Origin: Barthelona sp. PAP020
Taxonomy: Eukaryota
Assembly (NCBI GenBank): GCA_040182905.1
Contig: JARQWU010000031.1
Coordinates: 1-62,458 of the forward strand
Direction: 5' to 3'
DNA length: 62,458 nucleotides
Shown: positions 21,536 to 34,200 of the stretch, one piece after another
How the letters are laid out: each line of letters starts with the position of its first letter
Position numbering within the stretch: the stretch's first letter is position 1
Made by a program: the position numbers and the translations under genes
The notes under the pieces: generated by a model
The model's input: only the letters and a program-made list of their open reading frames with translations
Told to the model about the DNA's origin: nothing
Database searches by the model: none

Positions 21536-24520
21536 ATGAATGTTGATCGATATTTTAGTAATGCTTGTCAAGCCTTTTTGACTCAAAATTATGAAAATGC
21601 AATTAAAAATGCAAAAACGGTTTCAAAAGGAGATGAAAAATATTATGCAGCAAAGATGATATCAGCTTTGAGTTATTATCATTGTAATCAATTTAATGAT
21701 TGTTTAAAAGAGTTATGTGAATTTGGTATTGAAACAAAAACCAAATCTCCTGAAATTCGTGTAATGTTGGGTATGTGTTATTATATGATGAAAGACCGGT
21801 CTAAAGCACGTATAGCCTTGTGTGAAGCGTTGAGGTTGTCAAATAATGAGTGCTATTTTGCATATATCATTTTATTATTGATGGATATTGAATTTTTGAA
21901 GTATCTGTTGGATTTGGGAATTGATAAATGGGATTCTTTTACCAGAGAGAATATTGCTGCAGTTAGGGAAGAGATTAATGATATTTTAGAAATATTGGTT
22001 AAAAGGTTTCCTACAAATCCTCATTCGATTTTTATCTTTCTGTATTTTGCGTTTTGTTCATTTGAAATTGACTTGGTTGAACATTTTTTAAAGTTTGATA
22101 TTGTTGATTATTTACCTATTTCGTTAAAAGAACATGTTGAATATTTTGCTGATCGATGTAAGATTGTTAGATTAACTGAAAGGGTTAATAATGGTGAAAT
22201 TACTGATAATAATTCATTATTGGATGAGATTAAAAAATTGGAGATAAATACTCAACAGAAATCGGAGATTTTAGCAAGAAGATATCTTAATGCTCAAATA
22301 AAGATGTGTGAATTGGCTTGTAAAGATGAAACAGAATTGATTAATGATAGAACTGGTAATCTTCATTATGGACATCTTTCTGCTGAACAAAGTCTTTTTT
22401 CAGCAGAATTTCATTCAATTATTGAAGATTTAAAATTTGTTCTATCAAGAATTCCTACATTTGGTAATGGCTTATATTTATATGGTTATGTGCTGTATTT
22501 AGATAGATTGTTTTTAGAAGCTGAAATGACCATAAGTAATTTGTGTGGTTTATATCCTGGAATGTATGAAGCTTGGATATTATATGCTTCAATATTACAA
22601 CAAAATCATTTAATTCCAGCTTTAAATGCTTATAGAAGAGGTTTTAAGTTATTGGAAGTAAATTTGAATGGAATATCTTTTGATGAGAAGATTTCATTGT
22701 TACATAATGTTGCATCTTGTTTTCATTTACTGAAGATTGAACATCATATGTTTGATATTAATTTTATTCAATATTATAAAAATTGTATTTCAAAAGGATT
22801 GATAAGTTCGAAGTATAATTTGTCTTTATATTATACCAATAATAATGAAGAAGATAAAGCTTTGCAATTGTTAGATGAAATCTTGATTACAAATAAGAGT
22901 TACTTGGAAGCAAAGTTGAAGAAGTTAGAATTACAATTCAAAAATCATACATTAGATTCAAAGCAAGTACAAAATATTTTACTAAAGGAAAGTGAAAACT
23001 TGCTGGAAGAAAATCTTTATGATTATGCTTTGATTGAATGTTTTAGTTTATGGATTGATCTGTTAAATAAAGATTATAAATTAATAATACAAAAAGGTAG
23101 TGATAAAGCTCAACAAGATAAGTATAAAAAGTTACCTCCAGCTTTAAAACCTTATTTGAATTTGGTTTTTGCTTATGCTGCTTATCAAGGAGGTCATCAA
23201 AGATCTTTATTTTATCAAAATAAGAAACAAAGTAAGTTAAGAAAACAATTCAAGGAAGAATATTTATCTTTATACCGTTATGCTTATGAGAAATATTTTT
23301 ATCAATATGAGAAGTTTCCAGGATGGAATTCGACTCTTGGGTGGATTATTACTGTAGCACAAGCTAGTTTAGTGAGTAGATCTAATAATACAATGGATAT
23401 TTGTAAACAAAATTTAATGGAAATGGAAATTTTATTGAAAAAATTGAGAGGGTTCAATTCAAATGATCCTTATATACAAATAAATCTAAGTTTAATCAAT
23501 TTAAGTCTTGATAGACCTCAACTTGGTGAAAATTTATTGATGGTATTAAAGAGTGATCAATATGTTGGTAAATTGGACAATGATACTAGAATGTACTTGG
23601 TCTTGGCATTAGCAAAGATCTATTATCGTAGCAAAAAATTCATTAGAGGAATTGAAATTTTGGAAGAAAATTTTGAATTATTCATTGAAGAAAATGATAA
23701 AAAAGCTTCTCCTATATACACTTACAATCATGGAATTTTATCATTTTATCTTGCTTTACAAACATTAGTTAAAAATGTTAGATTGAAATTGAACAAAAAA
23801 CAAATTAGTAAATTAATCAATACTGCCGTAGATTTACCTTTAGATTCAATGAGTATTGAAGAAATGGATAAAAATTTGGACTTTATTGCAAACTATTTTC
23901 AAATTGCTCTTGATGATTTTAAAGATCTTTCAAAAAGAGATTTTAAAGATAAATTTTTCATGCAATTACCTATGAAATTAAGTGAAGAACTAATTTTCGA
24001 TGTTTTAGATATTTTTAATGAAGCTTTAGAAGATTTTAAAAGAATCAAACCTGAATTATCAAAAAAAATTATCAATAGAGAATCAGTTAGACAAGATAGC
24101 GTTAAAAAAAGATTATTAAAAGAAGAAGAAAATCAAAAGGAATTGGATTTGGAAAAAAATGAAAAAGCTAAAGAAATTGAAAGAAAATTAGAATTGGCAA
24201 GACAAATAGAACAAAGATTAAAAGAAACCAAACCTGTAAATGCTAAAACAACAAAAGAAAAAGAACCTTCAATTGAAAATAGTTTTTATTTGCCTGAAAA
24301 CATATCAACAGACATGTTTAGTGGTAGAACAATTGATGATGAAATGGACTTTGATGATTTCAATGATTTAGATGAAGATTTTGAAGAAACTGTTACCAGA
24401 GAGCATCAGCCAATTTCCAATGTTAATGAAAATATGTCAAATGAAGAAAAACAAGATGAAATTAATCCTTCAAAAAGACAACCAAAGATTATTGATGATG
24501 AGGATGATTTTGATGAATAA
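21536..24520 (+). CDS. CTR9: TPR protein, CTR9-like (PAF1 complex)
   Basis: PEIRVMLGMCYYMMKDRSKARIALCEALRL resembles CTR9 PAEVRLGMGHCF..KARLAFSRALEL; TPR helices, charged/acidic tail, 994 aa. Confidence 0.7.
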   Translation: MNVDRYFSNACQAFLTQNYENAIKNAKTVSKGDEKYYAAKMISALSYYHCNQFNDCLKELCEFGIETKTKSPEIRVMLGMCYYMMKDRSKARIALCEALRLSNNECYFAYIILLLMDIEFLKYLLDLGIDKWDSFTRENIAAVREEINDILEILVKRFPTNPHSIFIFLYFAFCSFEIDLVEHFLKFDIVDYLPISLKEHVEYFADRCKIVRLTERVNNGEITDNNSLLDEIKKLEINTQQKSEILARRYLNAQIKMCELACKDETELINDRTGNLHYGHLSAEQSLFSAEFHSIIEDLKFVLSRIPTFGNGLYLYGYVLYLDRLFLEAEMTISNLCGLYPGMYEAWILYASILQQNHLIPALNAYRRGFKLLEVNLNGISFDEKISLLHNVASCFHLLKIEHHMFDINFIQYYKNCISKGLISSKYNLSLYYTNNNEEDKALQLLDEILITNKSYLEAKLKKLELQFKNHTLDSKQVQNILLKESENLLEENLYDYALIECFSLWIDLLNKDYKLIIQKGSDKAQQDKYKKLPPALKPYLNLVFAYAAYQGGHQRSLFYQNKKQSKLRKQFKEEYLSLYRYAYEKYFYQYEKFPGWNSTLGWIITVAQASLVSRSNNTMDICKQNLMEMEILLKKLRGFNSNDPYIQINLSLINLSLDRPQLGENLLMVLKSDQYVGKLDNDTRMYLVLALAKIYYRSKKFIRGIEILEENFELFIEENDKKASPIYTYNHGILSFYLALQTLVKNVRLKLNKKQISKLINTAVDLPLDSMSIEEMDKNLDFIANYFQIALDDFKDLSKRDFKDKFFMQLPMKLSEELIFDVLDIFNEALEDFKRIKPELSKKIINRESVRQDSVKKRLLKEEENQKELDLEKNEKAKEIERKLELARQIEQRLKETKPVNAKTTKEKEPSIENSFYLPENISTDMFSGRTIDDEMDFDDFNDLDEDFEETVTREHQPISNVNENMSNEEKQDEINPSKRQPKIIDDEDDFDE

Positions 24521-25254
24521 AAATATTCTTATTTTCCATAACTCAATCAATATTCAATTTTTATATGAGTGTTTTATTGTCATTTAAATAAAGTAATTTA
24601 TTTTCACTTTTTTTGTTGTAATTTTCCCCATTTACCACAAAGAACCAATATAGATATGTGAGCAAAACTGTAAACTCATTATTTCATTTGTGGAAGTGCG
24701 GAAATTATCTTTCTTCTCATTGAAAATAATGAAAGAGGAAAATTTTGATTGTTTCAGATACCGTTGACAGAAATTGGGGTTTTTGTCTGATTAATTACCA
24801 AAATTTTGGTCTTTCAAATATTTTTATTGTTGAGATCCAAGAATCCAAATTTTCTTAATTTTAAGCAAAAAATAGTTCTTTTTGAGCAATAGAGTTATGC
24901 AACAGCAAGAAACCAAGTTTTTAGATTGCTTTTTTTGCCACGTGAAAAATTAGAGAAAATCTTGAAAATGCGGACAAAATCTCAGAAAATAGTGGTATTA
25001 ATGGAAAAAGAATGATATAAGAGATCTAAAATGAACTTTCAGCAGCATTTTGATTTCTCTTTGTGGCATTTGATAAATTGATTCTTCTTCAGATATCTTA
25101 TTCTCAAAAGACAATAAATGGTTAATTTAGAAGTTTTTTATTCATTTCGATATGTACTAGGAAGAATATCAACACAGATGAAGCAAATGCTTTGAAATAC
25201 ATTTTGTTGCTTCATTCAGAACTCTTTTTTTTTTCATGATGTCCATGTTTGATA

Positions 25255-28200
25255 ATGCTAAATAGTAACATTTTCAACATTTTCTTAATAATATTTGTTG
25301 GATTGTTAATTCAAGTGAAAACAAAAGAGTTAATATGTGAAAATGGAATAATTATAGATATTTCCGATAATTTATTAAATGGTATACAAATTACTTCAAA
25401 AATATCATCAAATGAAGCCAAAATAAATTTATGTAATTTAGAGATTTTGTCTGCCGAAATTGAAGATTCCAACAATATAATCATTGTTAATGGAAATGAA
25501 AACCTTGATAATGATGATATTTATCCTTATTTATTAATATCAACCGATGTTGAGAACATCGATTCGCTTTTTGAAATATATTTATCCCATGTTAATGTGG
25601 TATTTGAAATTTGTTTTCCAACTTTTGATCTATATATTGTGAATGATAGTTATATAAGACCAAATGAGAACGATAATGGAATAATTCTTGAAATAAGTCT
25701 AGGGAATTTATTTGTCAATTCAGAAAATGTGCTTGGAACGTCGAATGAATTTTTGATTAATTTGCAAAGTTTAACTTGTGAAGATCAGTCATTATTGGTC
25801 AATGGAAATTTTAATGTGGTTGGAAAAGCAACAATATTCTCGATTACTGATACTCTCCTAGTTACATATGAATTAGACATTGTTGAAAATGGAGGAATTT
25901 TATACAACTCAAGCATTCAGTTTGAGTATGTTGTTAGTGATGAGTTTTATATATCCTATTTGAATTATATGACTTTTATAGGTGATAAATCATTCTTTTT
26001 ATATGTATTAGATGAAATCTACATGTGTGGTATGAATGAAATTAATTTGGAAGAAATTTCTTCGACTAAAATGTTTTCTTTGAACAGTAATGGGATGATC
26101 AATGTGTATTTTGCACAAAATATTGAAAATTTTGCAGTTTTTCAGATACAAAATGCAAACAAAGTTATTTTTAATGAAATTAACACTGACCAAATAAATA
26201 TTGATGGGTTTGTGGAAGCTAACAGCTTAATAGTTAGTGTTTGTTATTGTTCGCATCTGATTGTACATAAGACATTTAAATTTTCAAGTTGTCAATTGAA
26301 TACCTTCATTTCTTCTTCTTCCCTGATAATGAATGGTGTTACATTGAGTGCAAACACAGTTATTTTGGAGCAATTCATGGAAATCAATTTAGATATTTTA
26401 GTTGTGAGGGATCATGCCATATTGAACAACATTTCGAATGTTAAAATCTTTAGAAAAATTTACGCAGTAAACAAAATTTTTGCAACAAATAGTACTTTGT
26501 TAATACCTCTTTGTAATGGAAATTATGTCTTAAGCAATGTAACTGTGCAAATTACTGAATATGAAGAAACTTGTAATATAATTTCAACAGATCAACTTTA
26601 TATTATAAGTCCAACGAACTATATATTTTTTAAAGGTGTGTTTTTTTCACCTTCAATAATTGTAACTAATATTTATTCTTTAACTTTTATCAACACTAAA
26701 TTACATACAATTGATGGAATAATATCACAAGATAATAAACTTTTAAGAGTGAGTTATGGTAGTAATTCAACCCTAATAGGGAATTTTAATTTTTTTTCAA
26801 TTTCCAAATTTTCGAAAAGTGATGTCATTGGAAAACTTGTTGTTGAACATATGATTGATTCTACTTTCTATGTTCAAGGTAATTTCAGTTGTAAATATAT
26901 GATAAATAGTGTTTTAAAAGGTAATTCCTTTATTGATATTGATAAAATAAGTCTTGTATCATCTAAAATTTTATTTCCTGTTTATATCAATGATTTAACA
27001 TGTTATAATTGTATTGTAGGAGGTGTTTTTGTTAAAATATCATTTAATAATACCATAAATAAGCTTAGTACAAATATAACATTTATTTCTGATAGTATCA
27101 TATATGAATTGAATTTTGACAACATAAATCAATTTTCAAAAATTAACACATTCAATATTGTTGTCAAATCTGTTGATTTTATATTATATGAGTCTACTGA
27201 TATCTATATTAATGGATATCAGTCAAATGAGAAAAAGAATCTTGTTTTTGATGTTGTTGAATCAAATATATTTGTCAACACTGCTTTTGAGAATTTTATC
27301 ACACAAGTTATTTCAGAACATTCTTATTTAGATATAAAAGAATTTGAGAATATTGCTTCATTCAATTCAACGGTTAAATCAGTGGGAAATTCAACATTTG
27401 TCAAATTATACGATTCAACATTAGTTTTGTATGATTCAATTTCAATCAAGCAAATGACAATGAATTGTTCAACAATAAAAAGTTTTCCTTTTTTAAACAT
27501 TGATATTTATGATTTATCTATTTATTATGATGAAATCAATCCCATTACATTTGTTGGTGTTTATCAAATATATGATATAACCTATGTTGATTCCAATGCA
27601 AATATTCTATTGAATGGTTCAGTTATTTTGAAATTAAATGAAGTGTCTATCATTGAAGATACACTATTATATTTAAATACTGAAGGAGGATTTTGTGTGG
27701 TTATTGTTGATAATGTCAATAATTTGCTAGGAAATCAAAATTTTGAGTCAATTTATTGTTCTTTGATTATGCTTGAAGAGATCATGACCAAAAAAACACA
27801 GAATAATTTTTTTGAAACAAAAACAAAAGAATATTATCAAATGTATGTTTCTTTATTGAATTATTATTACGAATTATTAGATTTAAGCATAAATTTGACT
27901 GCTGCTAATGATTTGACTTGGATTAATCCTATTGTATCAATTACTGATCAATTTACTGATTCAAATGAAAATTATCAGATAATTTATGGTGATGAAATCA
28001 TGGATTTAGAATTTACCAGTTTTTCAACAATATATGCTACAACTGCCTCAAATATTATAATAGATGCTTTGTTTTTATTGAAAGTTAATGAAATAACAGA
28101 TTTAACATCTAATATCGTTGATGAATCTTCGAAATATACTGTTTTTGGAATGTTTGAAGAAATTTCTTCTTCAACAATTTCAATTGACATCATTAATGTG

Positions 28201-31200
28201 ACTTTAATTGCAGATACAACAATTAATGGCGAAATTTTAAATGTAACTCAATTACAATCAACTAATAATTTAAATTCCGACATTTCTAATATTTACATTG
28301 TTGATTGTTATTCCACTATCAATATTGGAACAGGAATAACCATAATACATGATATATTAACTGTTGAAACAAAAGAGGATGAATGGTGTGAAGTTTATTT
28401 TTCAGGTTTTGAATCTTCTACGCTTATATTTAAAGAAGAAGTTAATATCGCCATTCAAATAACTGATGGTATTGGTACTCTTATTTTTAAACAACTCAAT
28501 GATTATCAAGACAGTATATATTTTGGTTCTATTGATTTTATGAGAAACTTAACGTTTATCCATCCTTCTTATGTTAATATGTTGGATAATACATATATTA
28601 TTAATGGTAATGTTAAAACTTCATATTGTTCCAATATTAAAATTGCAGATGGAGTATATTTTGAATGTAAAAATTTTTATTTAACTTTGGTTGGAAGTTC
28701 AAAGTCTATCTTTAATGGTACTTTGGGAGGAGAATCAACGATTGATTTTGAAGGATATTTGTACATAAAATTGACTGGTGATTTTGATAATACTGTTATA
28801 ATCATTGAAAAGATGTGGAAATTTGGGAAGATCATAGCAGAAACATTTAATGTGATGTTTTATGATTCTGATCTCTCTAGTAATATCGTCGAAAATGCTA
28901 ACAATGTGATTGTTGGTGGTTTAATTTCCAATTGTTCTTTAAATTTTGGTCATGAGTTAAGTTTTGATCGAATGATTGATTCTTATATCAATTGTAATTC
29001 TGAAATATGTTCAATGTCGAGCATTTTTGGAAATCCTGCTATCATTCAAAATTCAATCTTCAATTTCACTAGCTTATCTCTCTCTATAAATCTACTTATC
29101 TTCTATGATTTCAATGTATTAAACATTAAAGAAAGTGCTGATTTTAGTTCTTCTATTATTGATCTGAAAAATAACGCCACATTACATATTTCTTCCTCAA
29201 TCAATGTTCAATCAATTTTGTTTAATGATGATATCTCTTTAACGGGTTCATTATATGGTTATTTAGATGTTATAGAATCAAAAATGATACTAAAAGGTGA
29301 TGACATCCACATCACAGGTATTAAAAATGTTGATGATAATACTTTACCAACAGTTGATACTTACATTCAAAAGAATGGAGCTGTTCAATTGAATAATTTG
29401 ATGATTGAAAATATTCAAATTGTAGAATCTGATTTAACAATTCTAAATTCCATCATTAAAGGGCATATTAAAGTGAACACTTTAACAATGGATAATGTAA
29501 ATTATTTTGGATATATCAAAGTTTTAGAAAAATTTGTTTTATCAAATATGAAGCTTTCAGATGCCTTTTTAATGAGTTATGAAATAGATTCAATTTTGAC
29601 TCATGTTTACATTGAATCTTCAAATATTTTATCAAATACAACTATTATGATGAAGAATGTTACTTTAGAAAATGTATCATTTGTTCAAAATGCTGATATT
29701 TTTTCTAATTTTTATGGAGTGAAAGGATTTTCAAAGTCTGACAATTTGGTTACATTTATTGATTCAAACATAACCATTGGAAATTTATACAATATCGATT
29801 TTACAAACAAAAATTCAAAAGTTTTACTATTTGGTTACTCCAATGTTCATTTTATGGATACTGAAGAATTGACCATTATTAGTCTAAATTCTGAAGAGAA
29901 TGAGAGTTATCACGAGTATTTAAATATTACTTATAAATTGAAAGTTGGTGGAAGTACTATTGTTAGAACATTGGATAGTGTATCATCAACATTTATAATT
30001 GAGGGTCCTGGAATCGTTAATATAACAGAATTCGGTAGTAATATATTAGAATTGACCTTAATTAATGTTGTGATGTACTGGATTCCATCTGAAGATACTT
30101 CCATAACAATAAAGACCATAAATCTTGAAAATAGTAGTCTTACATTGATTTCAAATGATTTTTCCTCAATTCAAGATATTGTAGGAAATGAAATGAGCGT
30201 TTTAATCTTGAAAGAAACTATTTTTGGTAAGCTAACTGCATATAATGTTCATACGTTTTTTTATGGAGTAAAAATTGATGTATTAGATGTAATTGAAGGA
30301 ATTGTTGATTGTCAATTATATGAAGGTACCAAATCATATGGTGTTTCAACTATAACCATGTTAAATGGTACAAATTCCTTATTTAACTTATATGGAGAAG
30401 GATCAACGGTATCAAAACTTGAAATTGAAAATTGTACGTTGTATATCGATGAAATGATTGCAGAATCTTTAACAACTATGAATTCAAGTATATATGTTTA
30501 CAGACAATTTAATGAAGTGGGAATCAATTTATATGCAAACTTTACAACGTCTAATGTGACTTTTTTATTGGATTTGTTAGTTTACTCTAATTATAAGGTT
30601 GAAATGATGGTTGTTACTGATATGATAATAAATTCTTCCAATATTTACATTGATATGATTATTGGAGAATCAATTATTGCTGATAATTTTGATTTTGAAG
30701 GGTTTTTATTGTTTACTGATGTATATATTGTTAATTCTAATGTCCAACAAATTGAAATAAAGGAAGATAGCAATAATTGTTATTTATCACATGTTAATAT
30801 CAAAAAATTACATCCAGTTGTAAATAGTATTGAGTGTTCGATAGATTTTTCATATATTAATCATATTTCTGATATTTTTGGAACTTTTGATACTATAGTA
30901 GCTAGTTATATGGTTATAAGTGTTGGAGAATCTATTTTTTATGGAAATAATGAGATCAAATTTTTGAGAAATCAAGGAATTAAAAATCAAGCAAATGTTA
31001 TTATAAATGCTGATGCGAAAATAAATGGAGAGTATTTTGATGGTAGTATTTCAGGTCAAGGTGATGTAAGAACAAAATTTTTATATATTCGTAACTTTTC
31101 TGATTTTGAAGGAAAATTTTTAAATTTTGAAACTTTTCAATTTGATATTTTAGATGAATTAATAGAATTTGCTGGATACAATTTAACTTTATTCAATGGA

Positions 31201-34200
31201 ACAGAATTTTTCATTTCAACTGACGACTCTTCTAAAGTTCAAACTTTTCATTTCAAGAATATTCAATCTGGAAACTTACAAATTTATAATTCTTCTTTAT
31301 TTGATATGAAGAAAAATATTTATGTTGACAATTGTAATTTTTCCTTAAGTTTCAAGGATACCCTTACTGAAATTGGTGGATTTTTAAATATTATGGATTT
31401 AACACTTTTGAACAGTAATATACAATTAACTGGACACATTTCAACAAAAAGTTTGAGATTTTTCAATTGTCAAATTTTTGGACTTTTCATTCTTGATGAT
31501 GAAAATGGATTAATACCCAATAATATTTGTGAAAAGAATGTTTCGTATATACATGAGGATTTTTACATGAATTATTTGACAAATGTAGTGTTTCATTGCA
31601 AAGTTGGTATGTTTGTTGCTTCTAATGATTATATAATTCTAAAATCTGGTATATATTATCTTAATAGCATCAATTTTGACATTAATAACAACGATTTTGA
31701 ACTTAGTTTGTATGGAAATGGATATTTCAAAAGAGCTGAAGGTGAGTCATCAGATTTGATAGTTATTGATGTTTGTGAATGGAAATCCTCAAGAATATTT
31801 GAAGCTATTGAAAATATAAACACAAAACTTGCTGTTAATTTCATTTGTGATATAGAATATGGTATTTTTTATCTTAATTCGATAATAGTCTCAACTGGAC
31901 AACAAGTTTATTTAGAAATTGATGGAGACAATGCTTTAAAGACATTAGACATTGAGTGTAATGGAAATTTAACGTTGATCATTTTGAACCCTTCTTTGGA
32001 GACTTTACAAATAAGTGGAGAATTTGAACAATGTATTTTTAAGATTGTTAATCCTGTTTTAAAGGGATTTGTGATCAATTTCATTGATGTGAATTTCAAA
32101 GATCTTACAAGTGTAGTTTTTGAAACCATCAATTCTCTTGTATTATTTTCTAGCGATGTAAATATTTATAATAACGTTCAATTTTATAACGCTCATATAA
32201 GTGTTTTAAACACAATTAAGTTTTCTAATACTATTTTAGGATTATATTCAAGTGTTATTGAAAGTATAGAAGCGGTTACTATAGAATTTTATGGTGACAA
32301 TAGTATAATTGGTGATAGTTTTATATTTTTTGATAGTCTTGAATTTCCAAATTTATATTCGTCAAGAATTTTCATCAATGATACTTCATTTACTTTCAAT
32401 AACTTAATATCACCAAGTCAATTTAATTTTGGCAACTCATTAGCACATTTAACGGATATTACTGAAATGATTGTTGAAGATTCCACAATCTTATTGAACT
32501 CTGTTGAATCATTTAAAAGTGTTCATTCAATTATTAAGATAGAAACTTTTTCTACTCATTCAACAACGTTTGAATGCTTAAATAATAGTGTTATATTTGG
32601 TACTCTTCCATTATCTTCAAACAAAATGATTATTGATTCAATAGTTCTTGAAAATTCAACATTTATTTTCAAAACATTGTCTGGTTCAACAACAGATGTT
32701 TATGTTCCACTACTAAATCTAGTTAATTCCACTCTATTGCTGAATTCAACTTATGCTGGTATCAATATTGAAAATAGCTGGATTATTCATCGTTATCCAA
32801 TCATATTGAATGGTGCTTATGAAGATGACATTTTAAATTCCGATTTTGAAATAGATATCACAGGTATTGAAGGATTCAATGCTTTCAGCTGTTTGTATGG
32901 AGGATGTATTGTTAACAGATTTAATAAACATTCAATAAAACAAATGTTTCGAATCAGCGGAACTTCTAATGTATTTACTAATATTGAAAACGTTCAATTT
33001 ACAGTGTTGTTTGATGCTGAATTGGATTTGAGAGATTCAAATAGCATTGACTTGATTTGCATCAATGCTCAAATTACAATTCGTAGTGTTACATTTGATT
33101 TGTTTATCTCTGTAAATTGTGTGGTTAATGGAGAAATTGATGCGAAGAAAGTTCTCACTCCAAATTCTGATTTGAACATAGTTGGATCTCCAGAATTTAT
33201 TGTGAGTTCTTTAGGTGAAACTGTTGGTTTTTCCAGTCCTTTTGAATCAAAATATCATTATTCTTCTCTTCAAGAAGAGTACATGATGGCTGATATTTCA
33301 TTAACTGGGAGTTTCCTAAATGTTGAAAATGTCCTTCATTACAGTGATACTACTTTAACTATAACAGATGGTACAGTGATTCTAGCAGGAACAATAGAAT
33401 TTATAGATACTATTTTAAGTTTTGATTGTGTTGAAAAAGATTGTTTTGTCATAGCAGATACGATTTCATTTCAATCCAGTACCCCCTTTGGTGGTTATGG
33501 GAATATTACCTTTATTGCAAATAAAATAGAAATTGCTGGATTAGCTCGGGTACTTGATATATCGTTTGATTATCATATTTATTTTTTTGTTCATGACCTT
33601 TTAGATATGACATCATTAACTTCACCCCTATTACTTAAAAATGTCACTTTTTATGCAACAGATATTGAAGCAAAAATTAATATGGCAAATTCAACTGTTT
33701 ATTCTAGTTGTATTCAAGTATTAGATTCATTCTGTTTGGTTGATAATGATATTGAATTAAATGTTGGATTATTTGTGAATGAAGTGAATAACATTTTCAT
33801 CAATAAAAATCACATACCAACCATTGGCTTTATCAATAATAAAATAGACAATTTTGATTGCATCATTAAAATAAATGCTTCTGTACTGAATTACTATGCT
33901 TTTATAGATAGAAAGGTTGGAATTATTCTCTCTGATGTGAATATTGATTTATTAGAACAATATGATAAAACTTTTGATATTCATCTTTTAAGTGATTCAT
34001 CAATAGATTTAACTTTAACAGACTCTGGTGAAGAAATCGAAATATTATTTTCAAATGGGTTAGCAAAATTGTTGCCTTCTATTTCTGATGATGTTTTATT
34101 TTCCATCTTTGCTTTTAATGAAGTTTCTTTTTTGAAAGTTCAAAAATTAGTCACTTTCAATATATTTCACTTTTTAACGGGAGATTTATCTTTTGTGGAT

